This document shows, one piece after another, positions 1-10,163 of a stretch of DNA of 64,000 bases. The number at the start of each line of letters is the position of its first letter. Position 1 is the first letter of the stretch. The stretch lies in NCBI GenBank assembly GCA_963675745.2, contig CAXXWX010000004.1, positions 32,001 through 96,000 of the forward strand, read 5' to 3'. Under the pieces are notes generated by a model. The model was not told the DNA's origin. It saw only the letters and a list, made by a program, of their open reading frames with translations, and made no database searches. The translations under genes and the position numbers were made by a program. The stretch comes from Phycisphaerae bacterium. Its GTDB lineage: Bacteria > Planctomycetota > Phycisphaerae > UBA1845 > Fen-1342.

Positions 1-482
1 TCGTCGATGGTCGGGTTGCTCATCTCGCAATAGATGCCGCCACCGTTGACGGATGCCGCGTTCGCCGTGATTGTGCAATGGATGATCGTGGGGTCACTGT
101 TAACACACTTGATGGCACCACCGTTGTCGGCGTATCCGTTGGTGATTGTGAAGCCATCGACGATCGAGGTTTCGGCCTCGCTGGACACAAAGCAGAAGCC
201 GCGGCCGCTGGCTTGGCAGTCGATGATGCAATTGTCCGGGCCGTTCTCGGAGCGGACAGTGATTGCTTTGCCGCCAAACTCCAGGTCTTTGTTCCCTGTT
301 CCAGTGTATGTGCCGTCGGCGACAATGACCTCTCCACCGGGAAGACACGCGTCGATGGCCTCCTGGATCGTGGTGTATTTGTCCGGCACCTTCAATGGGT
401 CGGCCAGGACGGTGGCGCTGGTCAACGCCGCCACTAACACCGACACCCACAAGTTGGCCCCCTTCGTGTACTGCCTTGTCAT
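1..482 (-). CDS. Secreted right-handed parallel beta-helix (pectin-lyase-like) repeat protein, 5' part; runs off the window edge
   Basis: Manual translation from ATG at 482 (GGAGG upstream): MTRQYTKGANLWVSVLVAALTSATVLADPLKVPDKYTTIQEAIDA...VIVADGTYTGTGNKDLEFGGKAITVRSENGP...GFTITNG...GGAIKC...GGGIYC. Signal peptide plus GGAI/GGGIY beta-helix repeats. Absent from the ORF track because no stop lies in the window. Confidence 0.85.
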   Translation of the reverse strand, partial: MTRQYTKGANLWVSVLVAALTSATVLADPLKVPDKYTTIQEAIDACLPGGEVIVADGTYTGTGNKDLEFGGKAITVRSENGPDNCIIDCQASGRGFCFVSSEAETSIVDGFTITNGYADNGGAIKCVNSDPTIIHCTITANAASVNGGGIYCEMSNPTID

Positions 483-552
483 TTTGCCACCCTCCGTCAA
501 CTGAATGAAGCGCACTGCCCGCCATTTCGTGAACGATGCAGCCTGCGCCTGT

Positions 553-869
553 TCACACCCCCTGGGTTTGACCTGATGCCGAAGACCGGCGCGTTGCCCA
601 CTCACACGCTGCCAGCTCTCTCGATTCACCATATGGCCCGGCTCGGGCCACGTCACGCATCCACCTGTCTGACTCATTGCCGACTCTCCCGCGTCCGGAG
701 CTGCCGGTCACTTGTTGCTGAACGAGCGGCGGTATGGTGGCGGTGGGTCGCCGAATATCTCGCGGGCGCCGGACCACTGGCCGTCGATTTGTGCGCCGCG
801 CCGGGCAGCACCGGCGCAGAATACCGCTGCGGTGGCGAACGCTACGCGCGCCAGACTCTTCGTCATCAT
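553..869 (-). pseudogene. Possible degraded remnant of a secreted-protein gene
   Basis: Purine-rich RBS-like stretch, then MMTKSLARVAFATAAVFCAGAA (signal-peptide-like). The frame stops after about 53 codons at 708. Confidence 0.25.
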
Positions 870-967
870 GATGTACCCCCTGTCTTCCCCGGCGCGGCGA
901 CGCCGGGAAATCAATGCCCGGCATGTGTTAGCGCCGCCGGAACGTTCTGAGGCGACATTGAGCGAGA

Positions 968-3900
968 TCAGCTACTCGACAGCAGAGCCACAAATGCGTC
1001 GATGTCGCCGTTGTTAATCACTCCGTCTTCGTTGCAGTCCGCATTGTTGATGTTGCAGTCAGGATACGCGGCGTCATAGCCGCCGGGCTCGGTCAACGCC
1101 AATACGAATGGATCGATATCGCCGTTATTGATCAGCCCGTCGCAGTTCATGTCGCCCAGCACGTCGCCCTGGCACTCATCGGGTATACCATTCTCATCCG
1201 TGTCAACCGACAGGCCGCCGGCGATGTCGCACTCGTCCGGGATGTCGTTGCCGTTGCAGTCCTGACTAGTCTCCGCGGCGATGTCGTCGGCATCGTAAAT
1301 CCCGTTGCCGTTGCAGTCGGCGCATCCATCCACGTTGATGGGGGTACCGGGTGGAGTTGCGGGGCAGGCGTCGCAAACGTCGCCGACACCGTCGCCATCC
1401 GCGTCGAGCTGATCGGAGTTCCAGGTAAGTACGCAGTTGTCGCAGGCGTCGCCGACCCCGTCCTCATCGCCGTCCACCTGGGCGGGATTTCGGATCAGCA
1501 GGCAGTTGTCGCACGCATCGCCGCGCCAGTCGCCATCGGCGTTCGCCTGATCCGGGTTTTCCGTGTAGTCACAGTTGTCACACTCATCGCCCACACCATC
1601 GTCGTCGGTATCGGTCTGGTCGGGGTTGGGCGTTGCGGGGCAATTGTCGCAGGTGTCACCGACCTCGTCGCCGTCGCTGTCGAATTGGTCGGGGTTATAG
1701 TCAAGCGGGCAGTTATCGGCCATATCCATCAGGCCGTCACTATCCGAGTCCATCAGCGTGCCACAAATCCACCCGGTAACGGTGACCGCATCCAGGCCGG
1801 CCTCCACGTATCCCGAGGGTGGATTATCGCTGGCCGAGAAGCGTAACTCCATCGCCTCACTTAGCGTGACCCCGGCGGCTTCGATGTCACTCTGTCCGAT
1901 GACGTGCCGTCGCCACTCGAGGTCGCTGGTGTCGTGTCGTGCGATCTCGATCCAGTTACCATCACCGGCCACGTCGCGAATCTCAACCAGCAGGCGGTCG
2001 GCGCCGGACTGGTTGTTCATCGCCAGGTAGTAGTAATAACTGATGGTCAGTTGTCCGCCGGAGAAGTCGCGCACGGGTGTGAGCAGCGCGACGGTTCCGC
2101 CATCGATATCGCTGTTGCCGGCGGTATTGTCGGTCAGATAGCACTTCCCGCTGCCGTCGCCGTCGGTCTTCGGGTTCCACACATAGTTGGGATCAACGTA
2201 GTTGACCGGCACGCCGCGTTCCCAGTCGCCGGTCAGCGCGCCGAGGTTGATCGCCGTCCAACCCAGATCCGTCTCGAAATCGTCGTCGAGCATGATTGTA
2301 TACTCACCGACCGCGGCGGTATGAACGCCGGCGGGGGCATCGGCGGGGGCGTAGCGGGTGGTGCCCCCGTTGCCGGCGGCGCTGATGTAGTATTCGACAA
2401 GCGTGCCGCATACCACCGGCGGAATCGTGGCGGCATAGAGATTCCCACCGAGTGAAGTCAGCGCAGCGCTCTCAAACGTGCCGCCGTCATAGCGATAGTG
2501 CAGCGTGCCCGAACCGGGCACATAGCTCTCAGTTCCGTCGACAATCTGCACCACAACCTCGGTGTCCTCACCCGGGGCCAGACCGATTGGAGCACCGTAC
2601 GGCAGCAAGACGCTCAGCGGCGGATCACTCGCCTCCATGGCGATGATCCTGACGTCGTCGATATTCCATCCGCAGCCGGCCCCCGCCCCATCACTGTCAC
2701 CCATCGTCCAGCGGATATACACGCTGGCCTGCCCGTCGGCGTAGTCCGCGATGTCAAGATCCTGTTCGACCCAACCATAGTCGAACACGCGCCCGTCATT
2801 CTCCCAGACGGGCCACCAATCGTTGCCATCTGTACTCACGCTGATCGCGGCCTGGTCAAACTCGGGAGCCTCGACACCCAGCCAGCGGCGGAATACCACG
2901 TGTACCTCGCGCAGCCCGGTGCAGTCGATGGCGCCGGTTGTCAGGTGGGCTGGGGCGAGATTGGGTTCGTAGTCGCCGGCCAGGTTATACCCGTATACAT
3001 AGCTGCCGGTGCATCCGCTGCTCGGGTCGGTGTTGCCGAGCTCGCCGCCGGCGCCCAGCGGCGTGCCGAAGGCCCATGCGCCGTCGGTGCTCCAGCCGGG
3101 GTCTGTGTCGAATGACCACTGGTAGACCACGCGCGGCACGCCGACGCGCAGCGTCAGTTCGCGAACCGTATCTCCGATGTGGGCGCTGCTGTTCACGAAC
3201 TCGATAGAGGCCAGGTGGTCACCGGTTGGCAAGGTCTCGGCGATTGCGTTCGCCGTTGCGCTGGCTTCGCTGGCGCTCACACCCGGCAACGTGCCGACGC
3301 CATCGGCTATTGAGAGCCAGGTCTGTGCCGTCGAGACGGCGAAGTCGATGGCGCCGCTGCCAATGTTCTGCAACGTATAGGCCTGTCCCTCCGGCACGAA
3401 CGGGCCGCCGGGGACACCGACGAGCTTGCCGGGTTCGTGCGGCTCGATGCGCATGCCGACAACCGGGCTGACCGGGATGGTCGGGTCGCCAAAGAGATTG
3501 GCCTCGTAGTAGATCCAGCGCATGCAGGCGCCGCCGATGCGCCAGAGATTATCCTCTTTCGAGTCCTGATTGGCCCGGCCCAATTCGCGCTTGTTTTCCT
3601 CGGGGCTGAAGACCGCGTCCCAGAACTCGCGATCGAAACGCTGCGATGGGCCGTCGGTGCTGTAGCTAGTGCCCCAGCCATAGCGCGCATTCATGACCAC
3701 CGCAAACGCGCCGTGGTCGGTCTTGATGTTAAAGGCCTCGGCGATGCAATCCTGCTCATCGAAGTGTCCGGACAGGCACGCCTGCGAGTAAATGAAGCAC
3801 AGATCCTCATTGGTCAGCGAACCGGTCACCTGGCCCGACACGAACTTCATTACATAGTTGGGGCTGCCGTGACCGAGGTGGTTGATGATGTGCAGCCCGG

Positions 3901-5290
3901 TATTGATGCGGCTGACCAACTCTGAGCGGGGCCAGTCCTGATCCGGTTGCCAGTCGCGGTCGTACAAACGGCTGACGGTGTACTCATCCGACGGAATGCC
4001 CACAGTCGTATATCCGTGCAGGTCTGACCCATCAACGATCTGATTCATCATGGCCGCGGCATACTCGGCAACGCCGCCAAAGCCCAGCCACTCGCCGCAC
4101 ATCAACACGTGTTCGATGCGTGAGTGCTGATGGTCCAGGTACCAGATGGTCTTATTGACAAAGCGCGCGGCCTCGGTGGTGTCTCCCACCGGCGCGCGGC
4201 CGACATACACTTCGGCCAACAGATCGACATCGCCGCCACCCTCGCCGTCCGTTGGCTCACCCCAGCGGGAATCGCCGTCATAGTTCCAGGTGCCGTCCAG
4301 GCATCCGAAGTACACGTCGCCGGGCATCTCGTATTCGATCTCGGCACCGTCACCGTCCCAGGAGCGCACGTACAGGTCTTTTGCGGGGATCAGGTCGTCA
4401 TCGCCGCCGATGAGGACATAGCTGATGCCATCGCTGTTGTAGCGTTCGCGGATGTAATCTCGCACGTCGTCAGGGTCGCTGCCGCCGACGTCACTGGTCG
4501 TGCGGATCTCGGTCGCCAGGCCGGCGGCATCATGGAAGTCCTTCAGCGGCTGAAACGCACCCGCCAGCGCCGGCGTCGTCAGGATCAGCAGGTCATAGCC
4601 GCGCGATCCGCGCGTGGCCGTCGTGGGGTAGGTGGCCAGCGCGGCCGAGTTCTCGACGTGCGTGGCCGCCTCTTCAGCATCCGACAACCAGCCGCGATAC
4701 AGCGGCGCGGCCCGGCCGGTTTCTCGCGTGTGGATGATCACCGTCAAGCGTGGGTAATAGGCCAGCTCACCTGTTGTCGGGGTGTATTGCACCGGCTGGA
4801 GCTTGAGTGTCAGAATGCGGAAGCCGCGAAAGCACTGCGCGGCGACCACGTCGTGGTGCCGTGCCGGGTATGCGGTGGCCAGCGCGTATATCGCGGGGTC
4901 CGGGACGGGGGTGCTCTCAGGCCCTGGCCCCTCGCAGAGCTTGTATGGACGGCCCGCGGGCTCGACGACGTAGCCGGCACCCAGGGAGACGCGCTCGCCG
5001 GGCCGCAATTCAACGCTTGCCAGCTCGGTGCCGAACGGAAGCAACACGCGCACGCCGCGCGCGGGCAACGCGGGCGCACCTGGGGCGCCATCGCTGGTGG
5101 TGTCGGACATTTTGAGCCGGTGGTACCAGCGGTCTCCAAGCTGGATCGGCGTGATCTCGGGGCGCTCGAAAACACAATCCAGCGTGATATCCGCGGATGC
5201 GGCGGTGCTGAGCAGGATGGCGAGCAGTGGGCCGATCAATACTGAAATGCCAAGCGGGCGAGTGCATGACGGTGAGTTGGCTGAGTCCAT
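968..5290 (-). CDS. Peptidase C25 (gingipain-like) with propeptide, beta-sandwich domains, thrombospondin type 3 repeats and C-terminal dockerin-like domain
   Basis: Signal peptide; propeptide (GAPALP...VLLP); YVLIGGD, VYVGRAP; catalytic His (INHLGHGS) and Cys ([11 protein letters not shown]); NLFGDP; DNCP...[17 protein letters not shown] repeats; terminal [18 protein letters not shown]...[18 protein letters not shown]. Confidence 0.9.
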   Translation of the reverse strand: MDSANSPSCTRPLGISVLIGPLLAILLSTAASADITLDCVFERPEITPIQLGDRWYHRLKMSDTTSDGAPGAPALPARGVRVLLPFGTELASVELRPGERVSLGAGYVVEPAGRPYKLCEGPGPESTPVPDPAIYALATAYPARHHDVVAAQCFRGFRILTLKLQPVQYTPTTGELAYYPRLTVIIHTRETGRAAPLYRGWLSDAEEAATHVENSAALATYPTTATRGSRGYDLLILTTPALAGAFQPLKDFHDAAGLATEIRTTSDVGGSDPDDVRDYIRERYNSDGISYVLIGGDDDLIPAKDLYVRSWDGDGAEIEYEMPGDVYFGCLDGTWNYDGDSRWGEPTDGEGGGDVDLLAEVYVGRAPVGDTTEAARFVNKTIWYLDHQHSRIEHVLMCGEWLGFGGVAEYAAAMMNQIVDGSDLHGYTTVGIPSDEYTVSRLYDRDWQPDQDWPRSELVSRINTGLHIINHLGHGSPNYVMKFVSGQVTGSLTNEDLCFIYSQACLSGHFDEQDCIAEAFNIKTDHGAFAVVMNARYGWGTSYSTDGPSQRFDREFWDAVFSPEENKRELGRANQDSKEDNLWRIGGACMRWIYYEANLFGDPTIPVSPVVGMRIEPHEPGKLVGVPGGPFVPEGQAYTLQNIGSGAIDFAVSTAQTWLSIADGVGTLPGVSASEASATANAIAETLPTGDHLASIEFVNSSAHIGDTVRELTLRVGVPRVVYQWSFDTDPGWSTDGAWAFGTPLGAGGELGNTDPSSGCTGSYVYGYNLAGDYEPNLAPAHLTTGAIDCTGLREVHVVFRRWLGVEAPEFDQAAISVSTDGNDWWPVWENDGRVFDYGWVEQDLDIADYADGQASVYIRWTMGDSDGAGAGCGWNIDDVRIIAMEASDPPLSVLLPYGAPIGLAPGEDTEVVVQIVDGTESYVPGSGTLHYRYDGGTFESAALTSLGGNLYAATIPPVVCGTLVEYYISAAGNGGTTRYAPADAPAGVHTAAVGEYTIMLDDDFETDLGWTAINLGALTGDWERGVPVNYVDPNYVWNPKTDGDGSGKCYLTDNTAGNSDIDGGTVALLTPVRDFSGGQLTISYYYYLAMNNQSGADRLLVEIRDVAGDGNWIEIARHDTSDLEWRRHVIGQSDIEAAGVTLSEAMELRFSASDNPPSGYVEAGLDAVTVTGWICGTLMDSDSDGLMDMADNCPLDYNPDQFDSDGDEVGDTCDNCPATPNPDQTDTDDDGVGDECDNCDYTENPDQANADGDWRGDACDNCLLIRNPAQVDGDEDGVGDACDNCVLTWNSDQLDADGDGVGDVCDACPATPPGTPINVDGCADCNGNGIYDADDIAAETSQDCNGNDIPDECDIAGGLSVDTDENGIPDECQGDVLGDMNCDGLINNGDIDPFVLALTEPGGYDAAYPDCNINNADCNEDGVINNGDIDAFVALLSSS

Positions 5291-5854
5291 GCGTGTTGCG
5301 TTCCTTTCCGGCTCGTGGTCGGCAGGCGTCGGGGGCCACTACGTGACGCCGCCTCCGACCTGGAAATACCCCTCATGCCGATCAGCGTTAGTCGTGCTGA
5401 TCGCCGTGGCGCACGATCAGCAACACCGCGCGGCACAAGCACGAGTATAACGCCGCGTTCCCGCGTCCATGGAATCGTCATGTCGAAAATCTCGCCCGAT
5501 GCTGCCGCGCGCTCGTGAAATCCGCGTGGACGGCCGCTCGAATTCGGCGGCACTGGTTGTTATGTAGCGCGGCGTCCCCGCATGGCCGACAGAGTATCGC
5601 ACTGGCCCCAGGTTCTTGTGGTTGTTCCAGGGCGGGATCAGGCGGGGAGAGATCCTTCCGGGAGATGTTGAGGCCTACGGAACATCCACACACCGGAGGC
5701 TGGCTTCGGCGAGATCCTGTTGCTGCGGAGATCAACTCCACGCAACGCGGCTCAGTCCACGATCATATATATTGCACATGTAGGAACAGAAAACAACATA
5801 AACACACTATTATCGACAATACACATCGCTTGTGGCGACAGAAATACACAAAGT

Positions 5855-5883
5855 TTGACATAAAACGATTATTGTGTCATAAT
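5855..5883 (+). promoter_or_regulatory. Sigma70-type promoter upstream of the prepilin-type gene
   Basis: TTGACA (5855-5860), 17-nt spacer, CATAAT (5878-5883) with extended TG, inside an AT-rich island (about 5760-5900). Confidence 0.7.
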
Positions 5884-5975
5884 ATGTAACAGAGTTATCG
5901 CCCTTACAGAGCAATGATGGTGGGAAGTCAACCGCGAGGCGCTCGTACGACCCGGTTGGGTTGAAGGAGGATGTG

Positions 5976-7067
5976 ATGTTCCGCCGAAGACTGGCCGCCT
6001 TTACGCTCATCGAACTTCTGGTTGTCGTCGCGATAATCGCGATGCTCATCTCCATTCTGCTGCCGAGCCTTCAACAGGCACGCGACAACGGCAAGAAGGC
6101 GGTCTGCCTTGCCAATTTGCGCGGCATTAGCGTCGCTACGCAGGAATACGCCAATGAGGACCAGATGGAGTTGCTCATGCCGATCCACCAGATGCAGGTC
6201 AACAACACCGCGCTGTTCAGCGGCGACTTCGCGGGAACTCGCTGGGCATGGATGACGGCGAACTGGTTCTCGTTTGGTGGAGCGACAGCGATCGATGAGT
6301 TCTTGTGCGTCGAGGGGCAGGGGCCCCGGCTTGGCCAGGGCCGCACCCGATACTGGGGGGCCCAGACACGGCCGCTCAACAAGTACCTCTACCCGAGCAT
6401 CACAGAGGATCCGGAAGATGATCGTTACGAGCACAACCTGAAGCAGTTCCAGTGCCCGGGCGATCGCGGCTACCCCGATCACGATGACATCGATGACTCG
6501 CCGCGCGCCAATGCCAGGCGTGAGTGTTATCGTACGCTTGGTAACAGCTACCGCGGCAGTCTGGCTTGCGCAGTCAACGCCACCCCGACCGGGCCGACCT
6601 ACCGCGGCGCGTTTGCGGTTGGCCCGTGGGGACACAAGGTCTCCGATATCGTAAATGTGTCGCGTCTGGTGCTGCTTGGCGAACCGACGTTCTTCAACAT
6701 GATCGGGGCCAATGGCGATACTGCGCCGGTCGTGGTCGTCACTGGTTGGCATCGTCAGCTTCTGAAAGACAACGTGGCCTATTGCGATGGTTCGGCGCGC
6801 ACGACCACCGTCGAGCGCGACGCGAACGGTATCGCACTGAAGGAAATTCGTCCCAGCAAGCTCGTCGATGAGTCGTGGGCGAACAACGGATTCCGGGCCA
6901 CCACGTTCCAGATCGACACCTATCCAACACCCGGTGCGCTGATCTGGGCCGCGAGCGACGAGATCCGCGACGGCCTGACGAGCGGTGCTGAAGGTCGTGC
7001 GAAGTGGCCGTACGCGCGCTACCGGCACAACCTCGTGCCGGTCAGGCCGCCTTGGGAGTCGCAATAG
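5976..7067 (+). CDS. Prepilin-type N-terminal cleavage/methylation protein with H-X9-DG-like motif (DUF1559-like, planctomycete-type)
   Basis: AFTLIELLVVVAIIAMLISILLPSLQQAR...CLANLRGI; FQCPGD; GWHRQLLKDNVAYCDGSA; RBS AAGGAGG. Confidence 0.9.
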   Translation: MFRRRLAAFTLIELLVVVAIIAMLISILLPSLQQARDNGKKAVCLANLRGISVATQEYANEDQMELLMPIHQMQVNNTALFSGDFAGTRWAWMTANWFSFGGATAIDEFLCVEGQGPRLGQGRTRYWGAQTRPLNKYLYPSITEDPEDDRYEHNLKQFQCPGDRGYPDHDDIDDSPRANARRECYRTLGNSYRGSLACAVNATPTGPTYRGAFAVGPWGHKVSDIVNVSRLVLLGEPTFFNMIGANGDTAPVVVVTGWHRQLLKDNVAYCDGSARTTTVERDANGIALKEIRPSKLVDESWANNGFRATTFQIDTYPTPGALIWAASDEIRDGLTSGAEGRAKWPYARYRHNLVPVRPPWESQ

Positions 7068-7298
7068 GAAGCTGTATTCGAGGATGGAGACAGAAGGATG
7101 GAGAGAGTCGGATTGCCGTGGCGGCCGCGCGGGCCGGCCGCGGCATCCGCAGTGCCGATCGCGCGCATGAAACTGTCATATCGACACAGACGCTGCTGCG
7201 GTTGCCATCTGCCGCGCGCCGGGCTGTAGCCCCAGTGAATTCGCTCCCGTCTTGCCCGGCCCGGCGCGCCGCCTATCAAGCTCTGTCGGGTTTGAGAA

Positions 7299-8633
7299 TC
7301 AGTCCGACGGTTGCTGCCGGGGCGTGGGGCTCGGCCGGGCAGTTACATTGGCGGCGATGCCCTGCGCCAGTTGCCGTAGATCCACGCCGAGGACCGCTTC
7401 GAGGCTGGCCAACGACTCAGAGAGGATCTTGGCTCGGCTCAAAGCGGCGCCGGCGACAGCTTGGCCGTCGCCGCTGTCGATAACCGTTACGTTGCCCAGA
7501 TCGACGTTCTTGACCGTCTCGGCCAACTCCGCCACCACCTGTGGCATCATCTCGACCAGCATGACCTTGAGTGCGTCCGGGTGCTGCTGGATCGCCTGGC
7601 CGATCTGCTCGATCGCAGCGGCGCGAGCCCTGCCTTCCTCGAGCGTGTGAGCCGCATCGCCGGCCGCCTTGGCCCGCGCCACATCGCGCGCGGCGATCGC
7701 CGCCGCTACTTGCGTCGCCGCCAGGCGGGCCTGTTCGGCTTTCGCCTCGGCCTCTTGTTGGACGGCCTCTTTCAGGGCCGCCTCACGGGCGAGCTCGGCC
7801 TTACGGATGCGCAACTCGTTGTCGGCCTCCGCGATGGATTTTTCCGCGCCCAGGCGGGCCTGCTCGGCACGCTGATGTGACTGGGCCTCGACCGTTTTGG
7901 CTTCGGCGTCGCGGTTGGCCTTGGCCTTGCGCGCCTCAGCGGTGGCTTCGGCTTCCTTGATCACCGCTTCGGAAGCGCGTTCCGCCTCGGCCTTGCGCGC
8001 GGCGGAGATCACTTCGGCGCGGGCCTTGCGAGCGATGGACTCCAGGTACTGCTCCTCGTCATGCACGTTCTGGATATTGACGCTGTCGATGATCAGGCCG
8101 AGTTTGCGGAAATCGTCGGTCACCTCGTTCATGACGGTGGCGACGAATTTATCGCGGTCCTCGACAATCTCCTCGGGTGTCATCTTGCCGATCACGGCGC
8201 GCAATCCACCTTCCAGCGTTTCGCGCGCGACGCGCTGTAGCTCCTGCATGGGCTGCCCGAGAAAACGCTCGATCGCGTTGGTGCGCTCGGAGGGATCCGA
8301 AGAGACCTTCACATTCGCGACGCCGGTGACGATGATCGGCATCATCGTGCCGCCGCCCGACTGGGCCTTGACCTCGAGCCCCACCTGCATGTTGCGCAGG
8401 CTGACGCGCGCGACCTTCTCAACGACTGGGATGACCAGCGTGCGGCCGCCGATCAGTGTGCGATAGCCCAAGCCGTCGCGCTGGCGGCGACCGCTGATGA
8501 CCAGCAGCTCGTTCGGGCTGCCCACGACGACCAGCTTCGCGATCGTCACGATTACCGCGACCGCGATAACCAGCAGAACAAACCCCAGGACGATTACGCC
8601 TTCCATCCCGGCGACCAGTAGCGTAGCGTTCAT
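7299..8633 (-). CDS. Flotillin / SPFH (band 7) family membrane protein
   Basis: N-terminal TM; PNELLVISGR, GGRTLVIPVVE, AIERFLG, LEGGLRAVIGKMTPEEI; Ala/Glu-rich coiled coil. Confidence 0.92.
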   Translation of the reverse strand: MNATLLVAGMEGVIVLGFVLLVIAVAVIVTIAKLVVVGSPNELLVISGRRQRDGLGYRTLIGGRTLVIPVVEKVARVSLRNMQVGLEVKAQSGGGTMMPIIVTGVANVKVSSDPSERTNAIERFLGQPMQELQRVARETLEGGLRAVIGKMTPEEIVEDRDKFVATVMNEVTDDFRKLGLIIDSVNIQNVHDEEQYLESIARKARAEVISAARKAEAERASEAVIKEAEATAEARKAKANRDAEAKTVEAQSHQRAEQARLGAEKSIAEADNELRIRKAELAREAALKEAVQQEAEAKAEQARLAATQVAAAIAARDVARAKAAGDAAHTLEEGRARAAAIEQIGQAIQQHPDALKVMLVEMMPQVVAELAETVKNVDLGNVTVIDSGDGQAVAGAALSRAKILSESLASLEAVLGVDLRQLAQGIAANVTARPSPTPRQQPSD

Positions 8634-8645
8634 CTTGCGTCCTCC

Positions 8646-9362
8646 CTATGTTGAACGCGCGCGGCGTTCAAACTCCACGCGCGATACCACTTGCGCCACA
8701 CCGCCGCGATAGCCGACCACGACCACCTCGGCGCCTGTTGCGAATTCCTTGACCGGCCCGACGGCCACCGCGGGCACGTAGCGCTCGGCGTTGCGCACCT
8801 GAAGTGCAATCTCACCCTTGGCGGGTTGCCGGATTGCAATCGTTACTCTGGCCAGCTTGCGGACATAGTCCTGCGGCCGCGTGGCGCTGTCGCCGGAGGT
8901 CTGCCGGATGACGCGCAGCAACTGGTGTACCCCCTGGCCGACGATCAGCCCGCTGAGCAGCGCAATCGCGAATGTTGTCCATTGGTTGAGCTCAGTCATG
9001 TACCGCAGCACGACGCCGAATGCGCCGAACGTTGCGGCGAAGTAGACCAGGAAGCGCAGCGAGAGCCACGACGACAGCGCGAGCCCATGACCGTGATCGG
9101 CGTCGGCCGCGTGCGTGTCGAGCGCGTCGTGCGCATGGAGCGCCTCGGTTCCGTCGAGGTCAGCGCCGAGGGCCCCGTCAGTGTCGAATTCCACGTCGGC
9201 GTGGACATCGACATCGAGGCCGCCACTCGCGTCCGCGTCGCCATCGTGCCCACTGAGAAGTGTGAGCGCGACCAGTCCACCGCCGACGATCAGACACACC
9301 CAGTACGCACCGGACAGGATCGTAAGTGAGTCCGCCGCCAGCATCATGAGTGTCAAGGGCAT
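8646..9362 (-). CDS. NfeD-like (YqiJ/YuaF-type) flotillin partner with His/Asp-rich loop and C-terminal OB-fold
   Basis: RBS GGAGG before ATG 9362; TM, D/H-rich linker, two TMs, then ARVTIAI...GEIALQV; directly upstream of the flotillin gene. Confidence 0.8.
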   Translation of the reverse strand: MPLTLMMLAADSLTILSGAYWVCLIVGGGLVALTLLSGHDGDADASGGLDVDVHADVEFDTDGALGADLDGTEALHAHDALDTHAADADHGHGLALSSWLSLRFLVYFAATFGAFGVVLRYMTELNQWTTFAIALLSGLIVGQGVHQLLRVIRQTSGDSATRPQDYVRKLARVTIAIRQPAKGEIALQVRNAERYVPAVAVGPVKEFATGAEVVVVGYRGGVAQVVSRVEFERRARST

Positions 9363-9460
9363 GGTCAACCTCCGGTCATCAGGCATGGGGCGTAACCGGC
9401 GCTGCGGCCGGTGCCGCGGTTGCCTGAATACAGCGTATCGCTTCACGGAGGGGCGTCCAT

Positions 9461-9514
9461 TCGAATACGCGCGGAATTCCATAATCATCGAATACGCGCG
9501 GGATTCCATAATCA
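9461..9514. repeat. Tandem 27-bp direct repeat (2 copies, 1 mismatch)
   Basis: TCGAATACGCGCGGAATTCCATAATCA / TCGAATACGCGCGGGATTCCATAATCA. Confidence 0.9.
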
Positions 9515-9579
9515 GGCGGCGTGGACAGGTCCGGTATGGTCGGGAGCGTGGGTGGCGCGTTTACGAGCGGCCGCGCGCC

Positions 9580-9846
9580 TTCCGGCGGTCATCTACCGCC
9601 GCGTGGACGACATGGAAGCCCACGTGGAAGCGACGGTCGCCAACATGGACGCGGCGATCACGGACGGGGGAGCGGCGGTTGTGCGTTCTCCGGCGGTCAT
9701 CTACTGCCGTGTGGAAGACGCGGTCGCCAAGGTGGAAGCGGCGGTGGTGCGTCTTTGGGCGACCTTGTGTACGCTCCGGTGCGGGGCGGTTCTCAGATCT
9801 CAGATTGTAAATCTCAGATCTCAAATCTCAGATTTCAGATTCCAGA
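9580..9846. repeat. Intergenic degenerate repeats: duplicated TCCGGCGGTCATCTACYGCCGYGTGGA blocks with 21-nt periodic units, then a heptamer (TCTCAGA-like) run
   Basis: Blocks near 9581 and 9689; units GTGGAAGCGACGGTCGCCAAC / GTGGAAGACGCGGTCGCCAAG; TCTCAGATCTCAGATTGTAAATCTCAGATCTCAAATCTCAGATTTCAGATTCCAGA at about 9791-9846. Confidence 0.75.
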
Positions 9847-9975
9847 GCCTGGCAACGCACGCACGCGCGTGCGGACGCCCGGTGAATCTGGTTCTCGCGG
9901 CATGGCAAAAACCTGTCAGAAACCCCGACGTCCGGGGGTATACTGCTTGTAGAGGGAGCACGTGAACGTGCAAGA

Positions 9976-10149
9976 GTGCCGCGCCCATCGCGCGGGCACG
10001 TGAGGGCCACGTGGCCACGATGTGGCACAAGCCGCGGGCAGGCACGCGCCTTTCGCGCGCCGGCATGTGAGGGTCACCGGGGCCTAGCCGGCACCGCTGA
10101 GATCATCGGCGCACGCGCCTGTCGCGCGCCGGCACGTGAGAGCCACCGC
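9976..10149. repeat. Three spaced copies of a ~37-bp GC-rich, partly palindromic repeat
   Basis: GCACGCGCCTKTCGCGCGCCGGCAYGTGAGRGYCACCG at about 10042 and 10111; degenerate copy at about 9976; period about 64-69 bp. Confidence 0.7.
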
Positions 10150-10163
10150 CGGAGGGATTGATA

